Shown here one piece after another: positions 42,237-55,866 of a DNA stretch of 64,000 nucleotides; within the stretch, counting starts at the first letter, position 1, and each line of letters starts with the position of its first letter. Position numbers and translations under genes: made by a program. Origin of the DNA: Tubiluchus corallicola (taxonomy: Eukaryota > Animalia > Priapulida); the NCBI GenBank assembly GCA_030141605.1, contig JAQGDQ010000829.1:1-64000 (forward strand), in the 5' to 3' direction. A model generated the notes under the pieces. It worked only from the letters and a program-made list of their open reading frames with translations, was not told where the DNA came from and did not search any database.

Positions 42237-45200
42237 GTGTGCGTGTGCGTGGGCGTGCGCGTGCGTGTGTGTGCGTGTGTGTGCTTATAATTAAGTTAAA
42301 AGTCTATTGATTAGAGGTCCATTTACGTAATTATGCGTTTTAAAATAAATCATGAGACTGAGTTGATTTAGAACATGTTAAGATGATCAGTAAAGAGTTA
42401 TTGCTGGGTTACTCGCTTGCGTAGTAACTTTATAGAGCTGTAATATTATGATGTAATTACTTAGCAATGTCGAAGAATTATTGTTTAAAAAGTACTTACA
42501 TTAATTGACTCATTCAATTTTAGTGGCACTGTTATGATTAACTTGATTATATTGATGAAATCTGCTGACGAAATATATCTATTTTTTATGATTATTGAAT
42601 ATAGATGCATTGATGACAGATAATGCTGCAACGTTTGTAAAAGATAACTGACCCATTCATCATCAATAATTTATTCTTAATTGTTACTACAGATTTTTGC
42701 TGATGTATAAGGTTGATATTCTGCTTATGATTTTTACTTCCGGGTCGCATTTCAAGGCATTTTATAACCACTAGGAAAGTTTCTTTGTTTGGAGTGAAAC
42801 AACTGAAAGCACCGAGCTTGGAAACTAGACGAGGATCATCTACTTGATTGTACTTACAGTGGCATACTTTGTAAAAGACTGTAGACAGATGTAAGCTATA
42901 TGCCTTGTATTTATCAACCAAAATACTATTTTAGATTCTACAAAAAAAACTATCCTGTTTTGAAGAAAAGAAACAATCAAAACAAACAAAGTTTTCCGTT
43001 GGTAAAAGAATCACTTTTGTTCCCGAATGTTTCGGCTTACTCATCTGAAACAATTTCTAGTCACTCGTTCCCTGTTATGCAATTATAAAGCTTGGTATTT
43101 ATATACAGAAACATTTAGGTACACGCAAAAACATTGTTTTGTGTATTTGTCTGCTACGCTGGTATGTATAGATATTACTATAAAACATACGGATACCAGT
43201 GTAGTAGATGGATACACAAAACATTGTTTTTACGTGTAGTTGAATGTAGATGTTGTTATAAAACACGTATATTAGTCTTTCCGCATTTGATTATTGTCTT
43301 AAACAATCGTCTTTTATTGTCTAGGAAATGTAGAAAGTACGAACAATAGTGAATTGAACCAAATATTGAGATTACCATTGTTTTTGTTTGTTTTTAAACA
43401 AAACTGGTACTTAAACTCGTTCCATGTTGAGTTGATATAAATTTCCTTAAATTTCACGACTGTCACAGCTTTTCCTTCAAAGATAAATCTTGACTGCCTC
43501 AATTCATTTATTGATGTTTTATTCTGACATTTCATATTTCCCAGCTACACGCGTCGTAGAGGTGAGAAATAATTTTCACTTTTGCGATTTTGCCTTATAC
43601 ATTTGTCAAACTGTAATTTCTTTAAAAATCCATTTTTTCATAAATTGCAAAAAATAAGTCTTACAAAGTGGCCTTAACGAAGGCCTACATCAACCTAACT
43701 AAGTATCTAGGTATTTAATCATCTAAAGCATCTGGAATATGGTGCATCTCAAACAAAACGTCGCAGTATGACGCATACGGATCCCTGCAAACCATTTCAG
43801 ATGTAGATTGGATATGAACCTCTATTAGAAATGTTAACTGCACCTGTTAGCTTTTCTTTTTACTTCTCAACATCATGACAAGTTCCAGGCAAGGCACGTC
43901 AATCATCGCAACGTGTTTGCAAATTGTAGCATTTCTTGACTTTATTCCAAGGTAGCTAAATTATTATGATTAAATTTTCAAGATAACTGTTATATTCTTA
44001 AATCTTTAAAACATTAATAGCCATTGTAGTGTGTTTTTACGATAGATGTTTAATGAATATGTAATGAATATACATAACTCCTGAATAGCTATAATTAATC
44101 AAGTATGCTGTGTTTGAGTTTGCCCTGTTCGTAAATCATTCTATGTTGTGTTTTTGGCTATTAAACGTTTTATGTGAATGTTTTTTGTTTTTGTTTTCTA
44201 TATAGCCGTGTAAAGGACAACAAAATTTACATGCATTATGGATTTACAGCAAAAATATCTCGCATTCACATTAGCATTTCATTATTTTACTTTCAGCATT
44301 AAACAGAAAAACTGTTTGAACAATGGCACCTAATCAATTATTTACGTTTTGCAGTCATTATGACGTAGTTTTGAAGCAATAGAAATATTGAACATAAAAA
44401 TGACATGTGTGTATACGGATATAATGGCAAGTTGGTGTTCATTATTTACTTTACTTGCACATTACTTCTGCAACTAATACAAGCGCTGTCTTCACGTAGC
44501 ATGAGAAATAGGTAAAAGTTACTAATATTTTGGTTAAAGAAGTGATAGGAATTACATGATGGGAAGATGGACGTGCGTATTAGGAGTTTTGAAAGCTTGT
44601 TGAGAATTTCATAAAATTTTTCACTTTCGATAAGTATGCAACAAATCGATTCTTTTACCAAAATTGTACAGATTTTTCTACAGATTAAGGTGACGATGAC
44701 CGTAGTATGACGCAGATAATCATTATCTGTTTATCTGTTTATTTTTTTTATTAACTGACTGAGTAAGTAGGCCGATCTGTCACAATTACGGTACCAAGAT
44801 AGCCTTAACATTTAACATTCATTATACTACTGAGGGCCCAGACAGCAGTGCTGAATGTCTGGATTTTTTAACTCTCAAAAAATAACTCGGTAAATATGGC
44901 ATATAAGTAATTATACTTCATATGGTAAACCGTCTCGTGGGTTTTCAGGTGGCTGTAACTAGAGATTTTATACTTTTCTGCTGGTCTTTTATTGTTCTTA
45001 TTTGGTGTGCTTGTGTTTTTTGAAGAGATACCTTTATATAAGATTAATAATATAAACAAAAAACAGAGAAAAATTAGTTCATTAGTTTTAGTTCCTGGTC
45101 CTTTTTTGTTTATCAAAACATGAACTATAATGGAAGTTCAAAACGTCATGTTCACTTTTTTCTTTCTTTCTTTTTTCCTTGTTTTTTAATTGAGGGATAC

Positions 45201-46131
45201 TTTTAGTCATTGTCACAGTTCATTTCATTACGGTTTAATCTGTCCTGTTTTGCTTTATTCCATTGGTAATGTAAAAACACCGGAAACAGCATTGTGCCAC
45301 TTGACGAAAAAATGCTTACTGATGTGCGAAGAAGACGGAGAATTTGTTTATAATAATAGTTAACAATACTTCTTAAGTTTACCAAACAGTGCTGAGCATT
45401 TTACAATACCAGAAAGTTTACTGACAGCTAGAAAACAAGCGGATACTGACACCTTGCCCTCATTGTAATACGGAATCAATTTCTTGCATCTGTAAAAAGT
45501 AAACTCAGTTCTGCATAAACTTGTTAAACAAAACTGTGTAATACTAGTGATAAAACATTTTTGCATTTTGCAACAATTGTTGTTTCCAGTAATATAACAA
45601 CAGCAATAGCTACTGGAAGAAGGGATATTCCACATTTTAACAACACACATGAGCAGAAAGGTCCCAGACCTACGGCTATGTATATGTTCATGTTTTAGAA
45701 AAATAGAAAAGTAAAGACGTAAAGACGATTAATACATCATTAAAAGGAATGGTCACATACATAATTCCACATACATAAATCAGCCGAGAGAAGAGAGAAA
45801 ATAATCTTTACATCTCGCATGCAACACCAATCTAAAGAGTTGCCTTTGACAACGATGTTAAATTCTTTAATAATATATTAATAGAGATATGTACTGCAGC
45901 TTGTAACGACTGCTTAATCCTCTCAATAGTTGACGTTGCTTAGTTCTATTCAATAAACACAAAAGGGTTATTATGTAGTCAACAGGCAACAGTCGCCTTA
46001 GCACCATGGTCAGCCTTTAGAAATGATGACCATTGCAATAACATTGAATCGACCACACTTACTCAGCTGGTGTCACTGCGAACAAATTAGGAAAATTTCT
46101 GGAAGACTTTCATTTTTGCTAAATTGTCGTC

Positions 46132-49100
46132 ATGTCTGCAAAGACTGTTTTGTGTTTAGCAATGGTTGCCGTACTATGCGGCGCTGGTAAGTATCCTTTG
46201 TGAATCTGTAAAAAGTTATTTAAAGCACAATAAGAGCTATAACTTACATAAAGCTTAAAAAATTCGTCTTGAAATTCCATGTCACTTACATACTGCCTTT
46301 TTGCATATTAGACTTACGTCGTTAATAACAATAACGCTGCATAAAAGTGTAAATTTAAACTCCTGCGATGACCGTTAGACGCAGCCATTTTGACGACTGG
46401 TCATTTGAAACAAGTTAAAATCACATTGAGTAAAGTTTAAAAAAATAATCAGAGCATTTGTAGCGCACACGTCACTAAGTAAATAAAATTTAAAATTAAT
46501 CTGTCTTGTCAATAGGATTAAAAATGCGTTTTTGGTTAGTGAGTGGTGCAACCTGGAGGGTGAATCAGCGACATTTTACCAATTGGTGAAAAATTTAAAT
46601 AATTAATAATTTTCTTTTCTAGCTACATAATTCTTTCAAGCTGGTAAGCGAAAAGCTAAGTAATATAGATTTGCATGGAAAGTTTTTGGGACATACTTTA
46701 GCATTGTCTTTTTTCTCCTGATTTACGTTTGGGTAGGTGACATTGTACAGGATATTGGCATTATTAATTTTATCAGAATTCCGTTCTGTGGCGCCACCTG
46801 CACAAAATTATTAAAATTAACTTGAACTAAGCAAACAGGTGGGCAGTTAATACCTGATGTTTGGCTATGATGGAACTGAAAAATACTCGTCGGATTGAAA
46901 TCACATGCTAAACGTCAAAAGTCGATTTAAGTTACATATTGAAGTTGTCTTAAGTATTTATTTATGGTAGTTTACTATTCTAAACAGTCATCATGTAATG
47001 GCGCCATAGAAACACTATTGCTGGAGATTTAAAATGGAAACAAACAAAAATTCCTTTCAACGCGAGTACGATAGGTGCACAAAATTGCTGTAAAGTAATG
47101 TAATTTTTAATGCGATTTTTCTGAAACCTACTTCAGGTACCCTTTTCTTGTCCTTTAAAACATTTCAACGAAGAAGAGGAAGAAATCGATAATAGTTGCC
47201 AGTAATAATAAAAATACAAAAAACAAGAATAATCAAAGACATCACAGTTTAGAGAACAACAAAAATTCTATGAACTAAAGTCACAAGTATATACTTGCAG
47301 ATAAAATGACAATGGTAAATAGCAGTCCGTTGAAATAATCATAAAAGATAGTTTTTTAGGATAGTAGCAAAGGAAAATTTGTGCTGGCACATGAAAATTG
47401 TTAATGACAAATAATTTTTTATCTCCATTTTTTCACACTTTTCTTCATTCAAAAAGTTTTTTTATTGGGGAAAAGAGTTGAAGAACTGATGAACATTTGG
47501 TAATTAAGATCGTGGCATAGGTGTTACAGTACTGCTTAACCACATGATGTCAAGAAAAATGGGCTTTACGTCATATGACGTCAGAAACTAACACTGCAGT
47601 TCATGATCATGGTTATCACGATACCGACTTCTATTTATCGGCCACGCGAACGTGACAAAAAGGCGCCGCTGCCGATCGTAGTAGACTCACTGAGCCGCGC
47701 GAAGCTTTGAAAGTTTAACGAATGTTGAGTATCAGAGGTAATTATTATTTAATCTAAGCTTTAAAATAAGCTATTGTAGCTTTCAATATTTTAGAGCATT
47801 CTTTATTTTGTTTACACAATCATCCAATTTTCCTTTAAATGTTTAGCTTCCAGAAACGAGGTTAACTGCAGTGGGCAAGCGTATGACAGATTTGAAGCAT
47901 GCCCCTAAGCTAGCATATTAGCCCATGATAAACAAACGCATTTGCAAACAAAGCTGTACTTAATATGATTGTTTCTGCGTTGATTACAGTGCACAAATGC
48001 GACCTAAAGATTACACAAGAGATGTAAAAGCTCTTTGCTCACACACAAGTGTCTCATTTTAAGTAGGTGAAGGAAAAATTATTAGTCAATTATGCGGAGT
48101 TATTTGAGTCAATTACCGGCAGTTTTATGTACATTTAAATAGAAAGAACTTGCAGCAGAATAGTTTTTGAATCAATTATGTGATCGAGTTTATTAACCGT
48201 GATTCTAATAAACGGTGCCTAATGTATATAATGTTACGAACGGGGTTTTAATTTGAACAGGATTAAGATTAGTGAAAATTAGAAGGAAGAATTCACGAGA
48301 AATATTGTATACGAAATGAATGTCTGTAAATTAGTAGATGATGCTCCTAATTAATTAATAAACAGTTAAATAAGTTCAACAAAATTATTTAATAAATTTA
48401 TAGAGTATGTTTTGCAAGGATCACTCTCAGCAATGAGTTTGTAATTCTACTTTACATGATTTTAAACTCTTAAAATTATGTCTGCTGTCAGTTGTTCTCT
48501 CTACAAAGAACTTTGCTTCCGATTCCAACGCCCAGACCGTCTCCGATTGGTGCACTGTCTCGAACAAACTGAAGCAAGTCAACGTCCACTGTCCCATAAA
48601 CTCAATTAAACTTAATATCAGTACCATATCGTCTTTTCTTTTTATTACTTAAACCAGATAGGTGGCTAAAATCACTCACTACTGATTTTTCTCTAATGTA
48701 ATAGTACGTTTGTAAATTTTTGTATGTTTTATTTCAGCATACTCTATCACATGCTACGTTTGCACCTCTGCAGCATCGGATGACTGTGGCGATCCATTCG
48801 ATAAAACATCGGATGCTGCTGAAGGATTTGAAGTGGAAGACTGCAACAAATGTTCAAAATCCAGAACTGAAGCAGGTAAGCGTCTGTCTGTAATTTGTCT
48901 TTTTAATAGTTATAATTATACGCACATTATTGGCTTGTCCGTTACTAAAGGAATGTTAGCATCAGGACCGAGTAACAAAGTACGTCCTTCACTGAATATA
49001 ATATCTTGTTCATTCGACATTGTTCTGTCATGTATGTGTGTCTTTTCGTTACACTATAGCTTGTAGTTGCTTAGTCAACTCTCACTGTTAACTGTATTGA

Positions 49101-49880
49101 AATAGTGATATCTTACTAATAGCTCTGACTGATTGTGTACTGCCAGGGTGAGATCTCAGACCAGCTTTGCTGGGTTGAGTCAATAGCTTAAGTGGTAGAG
49201 CATGTGTCATAAATGCGCAAATTCTGGGTTCGAATGATGGTTGACTCACAATTTTTCCGTGCCTCTTTCTTCAATTAATTAACCATTAAGCTAATTGTTG
49301 TAAGCATGATTCTTCCATTAATGGGACTTGCAAACGTGTTTCTTGCTTTTACACGCAGTAGAAACATTTTAACTTCTCAAGAACATTTGAAATAACAAAA
49401 CAAACGTGAATAAAAAGTTGAATGTTGTTTTCTTAGACTAAAAATGTTTCAAGGTTTCTGGAAAGATTTTTTTCGAAAATGTATGGTTTCACTTTATTAT
49501 TAACTAGGCCCTACTACATGGTTTTGTTTTTTACAAAAAACTTTGGTGTGAATGAATGGGTGGCAGCACCTGGGATTTACAACTTTTCTTGAGACTTCTT
49601 TTATATACTAGAGGCTGATATCGATACCATTTGTTCTACTCCTGACACAATAATGATTTTGTACAATTTTACGATTATAGGTGAATTATTATCTGCCATT
49701 ACCAGAGCTTGCGGAGGAGTTGGAGCTGATGGCTGCGATAAAGTTGACATTGCTGGTGTTTCAGGCGAAGTCTGCACCTGCTCTACAGATAAGTGCAACG
49801 GTGTTGAAGCTAAACAAGCTTCTTACATTGGCATCCTGGGAGTTGCTTTCGTCACAGTCGTCTTTAAGCAATTGTATTAA
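46132..49880 (+). CDS. Ly6/uPAR three-finger protein C, 130 aa; exons 46132-46186, 48738-48875, 49681-49880
   Basis: Same exon structure, 10 Cys, CTCSTDKCN and GPI-type tail; recent paralog of B. Confidence 0.92.
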
Positions 49881-50406
49881 TTTTTAAAATGATTCAAAAT
49901 TTCTGTCTGCTAGGAAATGCAGTACAATGAGAACAAAAGTAGCTGTTTTGTAACCTAAATCTACCGTAAATTTGTGAATTATTTTTAGGGAAGTCCCATC
50001 CTCTGTCATCTCAGAATGAAAGCTGATTAATGTTAATTTTCACAACCACGCAAAGCATGCCTAAAACAAAATTAATGAAAAAATAGTACCTGGTTTTGCG
50101 TAAAGTACGTTGTTGCTACACAACCTATTGTGTTTTCCACAATTTTTGATGTCCTTTTCTGTCTTGAGTCAGTAAATATTTGTTCTGAGGTGACTGAACT
50201 GATCTGCAAAATATTCGTATGTTCGTATATTATTGCTCTACCGATATTTTCAGTGATGTAGGTCAAACGCAAACTAGGCCTACAATTATTCCCTCTAATT
50301 ATTATGATAAATATCAGTTCTAAGCTAATTAACGATTTGGCACATTGCGTTAGAATTACATGTAGAATTATGAGCACATTAGTAAATGTATTTCTTGGCC
50401 ATGGTG

Positions 50407-51102
50407 AGGGTTTCACGAGGATTTCAAAATTTCAAGATCCGATCGTCGCCAAAATGATCCAAAATAGACGCTAAACATCCACGAAAGTTCGCCGTTGGCG
50501 CCAAAAGGTCGCTCCCTTCGGTAAAATTTTTTAAAATGTTTAAAGTTTGTCGAGAGAATTGCAAAGCTCGCCACCTCGCCAAAACGTCTCCAAACTGTGG
50601 TAAAGCTGCCTGTCCATGCACCACCAAACCTGCGCAAAAATGTCGCCAGATATTCGGGATCCTCGTCAACAATTTCACAATCCGCGAAAACTTTAGAACG
50701 TTTTGAGACGCTTTTGAGAACTCTGCGACGACTTTGCGACATGTTTCTACAATTTGGGGGCATTTTGGACAACTCCGGTTGTCCTGCTCTTCCTTCAATG
50801 AAAATTCTGTGAAATAGTTGTAAAATGTTTGAAATAATGTCGTCTAATGTCGTACAACATTCGTCATGTCGCATAAGTATCGCAGAAGTCACCCATCATG
50901 CGTAAACGTGTCGTGCAAAATTCGCAAAATGTTCTCGCGAGCTTCGACGTAGGGAAAAGTTCGAAATTCACATAAAAAGTGGCGAACATCGCGCGAAATT
51001 GTTCAGAACTCGCAAGAATGATTTGTGACGTGGGCGCAAAACACAGTGGCAAGAATTTTTTACGACTATTGGACTCCGCGGCCCAGTGAAACCTTGGCTT
51101 AA
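50407..51102. mobile_element. GC-richer non-autonomous DNA element (PIF/Harbinger-like ends)
   Basis: gggtttcac ... gtgaaaccttggcttaa; a stub of the same left end lies at about 42166 in the paralogous block. Confidence 0.5.
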
Positions 51103-51160
51103 GAAACAACGTATTAGCTATGCTGCATATATTTATCGTTGCATCCTTAATATATCAGCT

Positions 51161-52079
51161 ATACATACATACATACATACATACATACATACATACATAC
51201 ATACATACATACATACATACATACATACATACATACGTACATACATACGTACATACATACGTACATACATAGGTACATACATACATGCATACATACATAC
51301 AGACATACAGACATACATACATACATACATACATACATACATACATACATACATACATACATACATACATACATACATACATACATACGTACATACATAC
51401 GTACATACATACGTACATACATACATACATACATACATACATACATACATACATACATACGTACATACATACGTACATACATACGTACATACATACGTAC
51501 ATACATACGTACATACATACGTACATACATACGTACATACATACATGCATACATACATACATACATACATACATACATACATACATACATACATACATAC
51601 ATACATACATACATACATACATACATACATACATACATACATACATACATACGTACATACATACATACATACATACATACATACATACATACATAGGTAC
51701 ATACATACGTACATACATACATACATACATACATACATACATACATACATACATACATACATACATACATACATACATACCTACATACATACATACATAC
51801 ATACATACATACATACATACATACATACATTCATACATACATACATACATACGTACATACATACATACATACATACATACATACATACATACATACGTAC
51901 ATACATACATACATACATACATACATACATACATACATAGGTACATACATACGTACATACATACATACATACATACATACATACATACATACATACATAC
52001 ATACATACATACATACATACATACCTACATACATACATACATACATACATACATACGTACGTACGTACTATGTACGTAC
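51161..52079. repeat. (ACAT)n microsatellite, about 920 bp
   Basis: Direct reading. Confidence 0.95.
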
Positions 52080-53894
52080 AGCTGATATATTAATGATGCA
52101 ACAGTACCTGTGTGTATGTGTGTCTTTGTATATTTTATTCTTAATTGTTACTACAGATATTTGCAGATGTATAAGAATGATATTCTGCTTGTGATTATTA
52201 CTTTCGGGTCTCATTTCAAGACATTTTATAGCCACTAGTGAACTTTCTTTGTTTGGAGTGAAACAACTGAAAGCACCGAGCTTGGAAACTAGACGAGGAT
52301 AATCTATTTGATTGTACTTACAGTGGCATACTTTGTAAAAGACAGAGGACAGATGTTCACCCTATGTCTTGTTTTTATCAACCAAAATACTATGTTAGAC
52401 CTCAATAAAAAACAAACAAACTATCCTGTTGTAAAGAAAAGAAATAAACAAACGTAAACAATCAAAACCAACACAATTTCCCGTTGGTAAAAGAATTTAT
52501 GGTATTGACGCGACTTTACACTTTAGTTCACAAATACTTTGGCTTATTCGTCCAAAACAATTTCAAGTCAAAAACAGTAACAACTTCGCTCTCTATCACA
52601 TATATTGTACTTATAAAAATTGATATTCATATGCAACAATATTTATTTATGCGTAAAAAAGAGAACAATATTTTGTGTATTTATCTGCTGCAGTGGTATC
52701 TATAGAGGTTATAATTATTAAAATAATTATTATCAATATCTATCTGCTTTAATTATATTATAGATAATATTGACATAATAATTTTATTTATTAATAGAAC
52801 TTTTATTAAAGTAAATATATCAATGTTTTTGAATTGAATTAGGTTCATTTTTGTCATCAACTTTTCTATCCAATGGGTTTATTTTGGAGTTCATTTCTGG
52901 CCAACATCTTTGTATAGCGTTAGCAAAAGGAATCATCTTTCATTATCTAGAAAACGTAGCAAGTGCAGACACAATAGTAACTTGAACAAAAACTTTGAAA
53001 GTTGCCTCTATTTTTATTTTTCATCGTGAAACTGCGGAATGTAAGCTCGTATAATGCTAAAAAGTTGTTGCAAATTTCTTTAAAATTCTCGATAATCACT
53101 GCTTTTCAGTGAAGTCTTGTCTGAGTCAATTCATTTATTCATATTTTATTCAGGCATTTCTTATATCTCAACTACAAGCGTCGTGTCAATGTTAATTTTC
53201 AGTTTTGCCATTTTGCTTTAAAAGTTTGCCGGACTCCAGTTTCTTCAACAATAATTTTTTTCTATGTTTCGAAACATAAAGCGTATTTACAATTATTGAC
53301 AAAAAAAGTAAAAATTGTATTAATTAAATCATAATTTTTAATTTTTTTGTGAATAGTTGTAAATACGTTTGATTTTATTCGTCGTTACTTTCCATTACTT
53401 CACAGTAGTTTAGATTGCACTGACGCATTTGCCTTTAGCAGTGTAAGTTTTTATTAGCTAACACTGATTGATCATCTCTGTAAAGTTTTTATCAGTGACT
53501 ATCAACGTATTTTAATGGCAAATAAAGATTTTATATAAAGATTATATATATACCTATATACCTATATACCTATATATATATATATATGTATATATAAATC
53601 TTACGAACTTGTACCGGTGCAGGCCTACATCCCCCAAACAGACAAAACAGGTTGCCGTTTCTGGTGAAAAAATCGGGTTGTATGGCAAAGGGTGCATGTC
53701 AGGCAATAAGTTGCAATATGGCGAACACGGATCCGGCAATCATTGATCGGGAACCGTTACCGATGTGGATTGGATATGTATCTCTACTGAATGTTAACTG
53801 CACCTACTAGTTTTGCTTTTTACTTTGCAACCCCATGATAAGTTGAAAATTATACAATTCTGTTTCAACTCGAGGCACGTCAAACATGCCAAAG

Positions 53895-54353
53895 GTGTTT
53901 GTAAATTCTAACATTTCTTCACTATTACAAGGTGACCAAGGTGTTCATAAATTATAGCATTTCTACACTATTACAAGGTGACCAAGGTGTTCATAAATTA
54001 TAGCATTTCTACACTATTACAAGGTGACCAAGGTGTTCATAAATTATAGCATTTCTTCACTATTACAAGGTGACCAAGGTGTTCATAAATTATAGCATTT
54101 CTACACTATTACAAGGTGACCAAGGTGTTCATAAATTATAGCATTTCTACACTATTACAAGGTGACCAAGGCGTTCATAAATTATAGCATTTCTTCACTA
54201 TTACAAGGTGACCAAGGTGTTCATAAATTATAGCATTTCTACACTATTACAAGGTGACCAAGGTGTTCATAAATTATAGCATTTTTACACTATTACAAGG
54301 TGACCAAGGTGTTCATAAATTATAGCATTTCTACACTATTACAAGGTGACCAA
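53895..54353. repeat. 46-bp minisatellite, about 10 copies
   Basis: Unit acactattacaaggtgaccaaggtgttcataaattatagcatttct. Confidence 0.9.
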
Positions 54354-55866
54354 ACTATTTGAATTAAATCTTGAATGCACCTGTTATATTCAAAAGTCTT
54401 AAAAATATAAATTGTCATTGTAGCGGGTTTGTCGTTTTACAATAGATGTTTAACGTAATCGTTATATAATTCTTAAATAATTAGAATTAATGGAATAAAA
54501 TGGCGTATGCTGTACTGCGTTTGAGTTTAAACGATTTGTCTTGCTTGTAAATCATTTTTGTAGTGTGTTGGCTATTAAACTTTTTCTGCGAATGTTTTTT
54601 GTTGTGTTTCTATAAAGCAGTGTAAAGTACAACAAGATTTACATAGTGCACATTAAAGTTTATCACGGATTTACAGTAAAAATATCTTGTAGTCACCGTT
54701 GTATTTCACTACAACTTTTAGCATAAAACTCAAAAACAACTTAAATAGATGGATGGATGGATGGATGGATGGATGGATGGATGGATGGATGGATGGAAGG
54801 ATGGATGGATAGGTGGATGGATGGGTGGGTGGTTGGTAGCTACTGCAAATAATTTTTTTTTCATTTTCAAATTTTATTTCAGCACATAAAAAATCCTACA
54901 TAAGAGTTAAAATTTACACTAAATTCTAAGAAATACTACATGTCATGCACTCGACATATGATGTCAGCTACCAAAATTTACAAAAATGTAATAAAAATAT
55001 ATACACCGTTTAAAATTACAAAGTATCAGTTCAAACACTAGCGGTTACTACATCCATAAACCATGCCGTCTTCTAAATAATCTACTATCAAATCGTACAT
55101 CAGTTTGATGACACAATACCAAATTGTGCAGTAGATGGCGTATCGTTCGTATATGTTAAAATATGGAAACGTATGACCATTATGAAATCATATGAACCAT
55201 TATGTAATTATTGCGTATACAATTTAATGTGTTCCATATAGAAAATAAATTTTATTCTATTCTATAAAATTTGTGAAGAACAAAGTTGTACGAGGCGAGG
55301 ATCTTGGTTAAATATCATAGTTTGAAATTAACCAATAACTTAATCCAGAATATATTGTTACAGAATGAACGAAATAGCGTGCACAGTCTTGAAAAAGATT
55401 CAAATTTAGTTGATAACCTATTAGATTTAGCCATTTGCGAACGCTGATGACGCCGACGACGAGCCAATTCGTGACAGTGACAGTAAGTACTAACAACGAA
55501 GAACTGAAGCAAATGTATACTGTAAGGTCACTTTTGTCAGTGATATCACAACTATCATGCCAACACTGACATAATTTAAACTTTAAAATTAAAATTCAAA
55601 ATTTACTTTATAGCGTTGTTATCACGATTGACAGGAAATGTAGGAAATAAGACCAATGCTAGGAAATAAGACTTACTATTAGTATCACGATTAACAGGAA
55701 GTGTAGGAAATAAGACCAATCCTAGCAAACAAACTGACTGTTGAGAGTCAATGTAATACGAGTTATTGCCAATGTAAAATTACAGTGTGACGACTACAGT
55801 AGCCGTTCTCATCGTGTGCCAACTGTCAGAAGCAAGAGAACCTTTCAGTTTCCCTAAGCGTTCAAC

